DNA from: Rhodosorus marinus CCMP1338
Lineage: Eukaryota; Plantae; Rhodophyta
DNA length: 64,000 bases
Reading direction: 5' to 3'
Assembly (NCBI GenBank): GCA_029953675.1
Contig: JAMWBK010000008.1
Coordinates: 1 to 64,000 of the forward strand
The position numbers and the translations under genes are program-made. This document shows positions 58,047 through 64,000 of this stretch, one piece after another (the stretch's first letter is position 1; each line of letters opens with the position of its first letter). The notes below the pieces were generated by a model, which saw only the letters and a list, made by a program, of their open reading frames with translations, was not told the origin of the DNA and did not search any database.

Positions 58047-58477
58047 TGTTTTGTCTTTGACGAACATGATAGGAAGCAACGACTGAACTCAGCAAAGTAC
58101 CAAAGAAGTCTGGAGACGAAAACAAATACCACCGGAACCTTCGGCTCCCCCTCCCTCCCCCCTTTGGCGACGATGAGCCAAGTCCGAACCTCGAAATTCC
58201 TGGAGACGAAAACAAACACCACCGGAACCTTCTGCTCCTCCTCCCTCCCCCCCCTTCTTTACCTTGACCCGCGATCGACCAACACGAACAGATTTTATTA
58301 TCTCCCACGGCTTTAACGGATTTTTTCTCCCCAACGGCTTTTTTCTCCCCGACGGCTTTTTTCTTCCCAACGCCTTTTTTTCAGGCCAACGTACTGTATG
58401 TTTTTTTCCCTTTTTTTGGAGAACGATAGTGCTGTGCTTCCCATCGTACGCCGGCAATCTGGTCTTGAAATTGGATT

Positions 58478-58735
58478 GGATTTATTGGATGGATTTATTA
58501 GCACTACGCAAGGCGTGAAAAGGGACTAAGAACTAGGTAGGGAAGCGTGCAAACCCAGGCACCTATGGCGCGCCTGAGCCAGCATGCTGCTCGAGTAGCG
58601 CCACAGAGACGCTTAAACGCCGCAAAAGTTCCAAGTATTCAATAGGATGCTCAGCGAAACATTTCCGCGACCACTCCAAACCCGACTTCTCCACGTGGCC
58701 AAAGCTTTCCACAATGAAAGGCTGGAACCGGTGTG
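58478..58735 (-). mobile_element. Y-related 3' end with variant (AATAAATCC)n tail
   Basis: Homologous to the Y 3' region. The tail reads gctaataaatccatccaataaatccaatcc on the minus strand. Confidence 0.75.
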
Positions 58736-59079
58736 AGCGACCCTCTAGACGACGTTACGGAAGGGGGTATACAGTGGACACGCCTTACACACTGCCCGGT
58801 TCCCACACGGCGCTTTGTGCCCCGCGTACACGTCCATACCTGGAGCCGCCTCCTCCGTGCTGCACTTGAACTTTCCATGGACAGAACCGCACCAACAAAC
58901 GCCAGTCTGCTGCTTGGGGTTACGTTAGTCTGGGGTTTCTTAACGCATAGATAGATTGCTTCTTCCTTCCTTACGGGCTCCACTAGGGAGTCCTCTAGTA
59001 AAGCGTTCACGGTTACGTAGTCTGAGGTAACCCTTGTTGGAGCGGTTCTGTCCATGGAAAGTTCAAGTTAGTCTGGGGT
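58736..59079. mobile_element. Patchwork of short T fragments and telomere units in both orientations
   Basis: An ORF2 N-terminal piece (58736-58915), a telomere unit, a T-I 3' UTR (58938-59005), a variant unit, an inverted 37-bp recopy of 58864-58895, and another telomere unit. Confidence 0.75.
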
Positions 59080-59950
59080 AACCGTAAACTTTACTGGGCA
59101 GCTGCCTACTGCAGCGTATCACTATTTCTACTGCTATCTAGGGAAGTGTTTACTCTAACCATGCTACCGGGGTCTCATGCTACGTTCTGAAGAAAAAAAA
59201 GGAACCAGTGGATTCTCGAACTGGTCCACTCGCAGAGCGCCTACCGCTATCTCTGCGTTACCTTGCCAAAGTTTCCGGTTCATCTGAGCCCTGACATCGC
59301 TCAGCTCCGCAGTCCGGTGCAATAGGTATTTGCAGCTATCTCGTAGAAATTCCTGTGCTATGGGGCCTGTCCGCGCAAAGCTTTCGATCGCGATTGGAAT
59401 GAACTTGTCGTCTGGCCTCTCAACCGACGTCGCCTCTTTGTAATGTGCTATTTTCCACCTCTCCGCTCGCTTCGCTGCGTACCAATTCTCTGAGCTACTA
59501 CCCTTCACGTATTTCTCCTGCAGTGGCGAGGTAACCGTCACATCCAGCGCATACCGTTGGAAAGTCCTCGGGTGAGTGGCGATGATATCTGGTCTTAGCC
59601 CGTAATTCTCAAAGTATTTCTCAGGTTCTTGCTGTATGCCCAGGAAATTCCATCTATTCAGCCAGAGCACGAGCTCCGTGCAGATTTCGTCATGCCTCCG
59701 CTGCCAGAGTCCCGTCGAGGTTGGGCAGTGGTGAAATCTTTGTACACCTGTAGTACTATGTGTACTATTGCAACTAGTACACTTCTCCGTCGTCCTCAGT
59801 CCCGGGATCGGCAGGCCCAACAGTTGTCTAACGCTCACCTGCAGTTCCGTCGAGTCCAGTTTTTTTTAGCGCCAAAGTCGGCATTTCTCGCAGCCACACT
59901 CCCGATCCCGAACCGGCCGCAGACCGGATTCGAGCACGGTTTTCGCGGGA
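59080..59950 (-). mobile_element. 5'-truncated family T-J with intact 3' UTR
   Basis: Endonuclease ORF at 59164-59838. 59560-59950 is the inverted match of 61625-62050. Confidence 0.88.
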
Positions 59951-60059
59951 ACCCCAGACTAACGTAACCGTGAACGCTTTACTAGAGGACTCCCTAGTGG
60001 AGCCCGTAAGGAAGGAAGAAGCAATCTATCTATGCGTTAAGAAACCCCTAGTGGGTAAC

Positions 60060-62053
60060 CCCATACTGCGACAACTCGCGACTGCTCCAGAGAATTTTTC
60101 ATCTCCTCTGACCCGTGCCCTGCGCAGCAGCAGACTCTTGCCGTTCGTGAAGCCTACCAAGGACGCAGCTCCCCAGGAACGCCCAGGAGTTCGACTCATC
60201 GGAGTACCAGAAGTTCTGCGTAAGGTGGCAACCCAGTGGATCCTCCGACAGGTTACAGACCGAATCCGCGAACTGCTCGTCCCCTTACAACTAGGCATTG
60301 GAGTAAGCGGAGGATGCGAACGCTCACTCCATGCGATTCAGGCCCATCTCGCCTGCGAACCTGAAGCAGTGGTCCTTCGACTCGACCTTGAGAACGCCTT
60401 CAACCGCATAGACCGCCGGATTGCTAAGCAACTGCTGGACCACCATTTTCCCGAGCTGAAAGCGATATACCGGCTTGGCTACGGCACTGACAGCTCGGAC
60501 TCCCCTAAGCTCTTCGGCTGGCGCGCTACTCACGGACCAGACCAGGTCAATACGAGTCGACTGACGCTGCAGGCCACAACCGGTGTACAACAAGGCGATG
60601 CCCTCGGACCGGTCCTACATGCGCTATCCTTGGCCCCCTTCTTGGAAGCACTGCACCGAAAAGCGCCTGATCTAACGACCGTAGCCATCCACGACGACAT
60701 CACCATCGTGGGACCCCTGCAGCCGCTGAAGGATATACTCCACTGGGGGCAGACTATGCTCCCTGCCCTCGGTGCCAGACCGCAGCTAAGCAAGTGGACT
60801 CTCTACGGACGCACCCTGACGACAAGTAGACTAATTAATCGGGACATCCCTGGCGTACATGTCAACAGAGACGGCGTGACGATACACTCGATCCCGCTAG
60901 GCAACCGGGAATACCTTCAGGAAGAGTGCCGTGCAATGCAAAACAACCACAACAAACTTTTTAAGGAAATAGCACGACTTCCTGACAACGAACTTACGAC
61001 ACAGCTCGCCCTCTTCAGGTACTGCACTGAAACCAGGCTCGACTACATTCTACGCTGCCTAGCGTACCCGTTTGGCAGAACTTTGGCACGCGAGGCGGAT
61101 GCCATGACCAGATATCACCTGGACATCCTATTCGGAGGCCTCGCTCCCGCAGCAATCGAGGACGAGGAGTACCTACAACCGGTTTCGGATCAGATCGCGC
61201 TCCCTTGCCGCTGGGGCTGGGGGGGACTGGGGTTCGCTACTCGCACCCGTATACAGCCAATCGCCTTCTACTCGGCGTGGACAAACACTTTCAGAAGCAA
61301 TCAAGGGGACTGGCCGTACGTCACTGCACTACAGAGGGAGGTTGCTACAGGCGGAACTCCAGACGAGCACACACCCACGGGACTACAATGGTCAACCGCA
61401 CAACTAGCGGATCAGATCCGTGCATCTACCCGAGCAATTCTACGGCGATTCCGCCCAGAAACCCCGCCCCGGATCAGGAGACTAGTCACCCTGCAGCAAA
61501 CGAGGGAACCCCCCCAAGGAGGCGCACCAGAAGACCCAGCAGCTTGGAATATTGGTTCAATACAACAGACCCTCTCTCGAGAGGCACACCATACGGCATT
61601 CCAAGAGCTGGTCACGAATTCACGAATTTCCCGCGAAAACCGTGCTCGAATCCGGTCTGCGGCCGGTTCGGGATCGGGAGTGTGGCTGCGAAAAATGCCG
61701 ACTTTGGCGCTAAAAAAAACTGGACTCGACGGAACTGCAGGTGAGCGTTAGACAACTGTTGGGCCTGCCGATCCCGGGACTGAGGACGACGGAGAAGTGT
61801 ACTAGTTGCAATAGTACACATAGTACTACAGGTGTACAAAGATTTCACCACTGCCCAACCTCGACGGGACTCTGGCAGCGGAGGCATGACGAAATCTGCA
61901 CGGAGCTCGCGCGCTGGCTGAATAGATGGAATTTCCTGGGCATACAGCAAGAACCTGAGAAATACTTTGAGAGTTACGGGCTAAGACCAGATATCATCGC
62001 CACTCACCCGAGGACTTTCCAACGGTATGCGCTGGATGTGACGGTTACCTCGC
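60060..62053 (+). mobile_element. Family T-J ORF2 (RT through the endonuclease start), truncated at both ends
   Basis: LRLDLENAFN, GVQQGDALGP, AIHDD and LPCRW. There is an A8-run frameshift at 61712-61719. Ends in a telomere unit at 62054-62076. 59970-60060 is a minus-strand T-I 3' UTR. Confidence 0.9.
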
Positions 62054-62076
62054 CTGGGGTTACGTTAGTCTGGGGG

Positions 62077-62685
62077 TAGCTCTGCACTGAGCTGGCGCGT
62101 TGGCTTAACAGATGGCAGTTCAGAGATGTTCAACAAGAACCTACAGACTACTTCACGAACTCGAATCTACGACCTGATTTGGTAGCTATACACCCTAGAA
62201 CATGGCAAAGATATGCGATTGATGTGACGGTGGTGTCACCCCTACAGGCGAGACACCTACCCAACAGCAAAGACAACAATGGTTATGCAGCAAAACAGGC
62301 GGAGCGTTGGAAACTTGCACAATATAAGGAGGCGATGATGACAGAGCATCCAGATGACAAACTGATTCCGATTGCGATAGAAACCTTCGGCAGAACAGGG
62401 CAGATGACTCAAGACTTTCTCCGTGATGGCTGTGGGCACATGCTCACTAAGCAGTACGAGTTGAGCAACGTGCGGGCTCAACTAAACAGAACACTTTGGG
62501 CGGGGAATGCAGAGCTCGCGTCAGGGGCTTTGCGCGTGGATCAGTCGGACCAGCCACGGATCCCTTATTTTTCTTTTTTATCGTAGCTAGAGACCCCGGG
62601 AGACGGGGTTAAACTCCCACATTTCTCTAGATAGTGATAGAATTAGTGTTGCGCTGCGTTAGGCAGTTGCCGAGTAAAGTTTACA
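62077..62685 (+). mobile_element. 5'-truncated family T-B, second copy
   Basis: Near-identical to 24810-25400. Telomere units follow at 62686-62713. Confidence 0.9.
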
Positions 62686-62713
62686 GTTGCGTTAGTCTGG
62701 GGTTACGTTAGTC

Positions 62714-64000
62714 GAATGAATGGTTTAATCGGAGGCTGAAAAAAAAACCCCGAGGGGAAAAAAAGACTAAGCGCGGCGAAGTACTCGCGCCTCCAACATC
62801 AAAGCGGCATTCATGCGCCACAGCAGGAAACTTAAGCGGGTAAACAACGATTGAAGACGGTCAGGGCGTTCGCGGAACAACTCCCGAAGCCAGCGAGAAC
62901 CAACAGAGTCCATGAACCCAAAGCACTCAATGATCAGGGGTACCAAGCGATGTGCTAGTGCCGAAGCACGAACACCAGGGGAAGACAAAGCCCCCGCGTA
63001 TTTGATCTCTTTGCGGCGTCTCATGCTGGCGGCGGCAGATCCACGGCGCTCCCCCGCAGCCGGGAGATAACGACTAGCTTGAGGGTTAGGAACAGCAAGA
63101 TCAACGTATGTGGTACGGCGGCTGTCGTCACAGGTGATCACCAGATCGGCTACACGGCGTTCATCATTTTGAAAGTCCGCGACGGGTAAAGGTTTCTCAC
63201 GTTCGATTTCCAGACCGGCTTGCCGGACTATAGGCCGAAGTTCCCGGTATAACAGGTTCAAGATCCGTGTGTGGCGGCGGGTTCGAGCACCTTTCACCGC
63301 CGGGCAACTAGCGAGCAGGTGGGCGCCAAAATCTGCGTTGTCTTCAGTCTGAGAGCAGAGAGGGCACGACGAACCCATCTCGTACGGCCAAGGGGGCTGA
63401 TGTAAGCCGAGGTATAAGCGCAGTGAAGTACGCACTTCGAAATCCGACAGTGTGAGTGGCGGAAAGGCTGGTACGGTCATGAGCCACTGAGAGCTAATAA
63501 CCCCTCCAAGACTACGTAGGCGGGCGCGAGCGCGAGAAGATGAGACCATCTGCGCGAGGAGTCGGCCATATGCAGCACGGTGCAAGTCCCAAGAAAGGAT
63601 ATTTTGCAGCGCATCCGTGCGTGCTTGAGCTCGGCTCCCAGCGCGCTGGGAATCATCAGGAGGATCAACTGGAACTTCTTCTTCTGCGGCAACCACTGGG
63701 TCAATCTCCCCTAGAACAGGTTCAGGCGCAGGACGAATCCCCGGGGCGGAGCCTCGAGAGCGGTCAAATACAGCTCGCCAGTCAGGAAGACGGGGTTGAA
63801 CGGTTTCGGGGAGACTAGTACAGGAATTCAGGGCGGTTTGGAGCTCCAGAAACAAGTCTTGGGCGCTTTCCGGTACGCTGGGAAGCAAGACACCCCGCGA
63901 GAGGCTCGCCATCAAATTGCGGAACTTCGAGATACCCAAGCTGCTCAAAGTGGGAAGTGCGGTTCCCCAGGCCCCTACTGCAGCTGCAGGTTGGACCACA
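62714..64000 (-). mobile_element. Family X 3' portion, continuing beyond the window, with its tail joined to a telomere unit
   Basis: ORF 62767-63999 is near-identical to 45576-46800 but lacks the nonsense codon. Confidence 0.92.

Noticed and set aside
58089-58457. Lys-rich 122-aa ORF or 5' exon of the amidase
   Set aside because: It is composed of local 90-bp and about 21-bp repeats, with no homology signal and no convincing splice link.
1-64000. Spliced-leader RNA, tRNA or rRNA genes as targets (typical for CRE, SLACS and R2)
   Set aside because: No recognisable such genes flank any element junction.

Overview
This is the left end of a eukaryotic chromosome; the organism cannot be identified from the sequence. 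It opens with 21 perfect copies of an unusual 16-nt telomeric repeat (CCCCAGACTAACGTAA; G-strand TTACGTTAGTCTGGGG). Much of the remaining window is a patchwork of non-LTR retrotransposons with a reverse transcriptase (RT) and a C-terminal CCHC plus restriction-like (PD-(D/E)xK, RLE) endonuclease, resembling the CRE/SLACS/Cnl1/MoTeR group. They fall into three behavioural classes. (T) About ten telomere-repeat-specific 3'-UTR types always abut 1-2 telomere units at their 3' end, share a covarying 3' stem-loop plus A[AG]TAAAG motif, and, in the two T RTs whose active site is present, carry an IHDD catalytic motif. (X) A dispersed family ends in ATTAAA plus a (CATT/CGTT)n tail and makes 6-13 bp target-site duplications (TSDs). 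(Y) A dispersed family ends in (AGTAAAGTCC)n tails. All three classes have a separate ORF1 with a shared RRM-like motif, and in the T and X copies where the junction survives its stop overlaps the ORF2 start. Many interstitial telomere units mark break-healing and fusion scars, and array polarity flips repeatedly. Host sequences embedded in the patchwork include a 1312-aa secreted TcA-like putative toxin, a spliced Cys-rich protein gene, an aegerolysin-like fragment, a nonapeptide-repeat secreted protein, an SDR, a STEAP-like reductase and a disrupted amidase, plus a chromovirus 3' remnant and MITE-like elements. Family names (T-A, T-B, X, Y and so on) are my own working labels, and no database searches were run.
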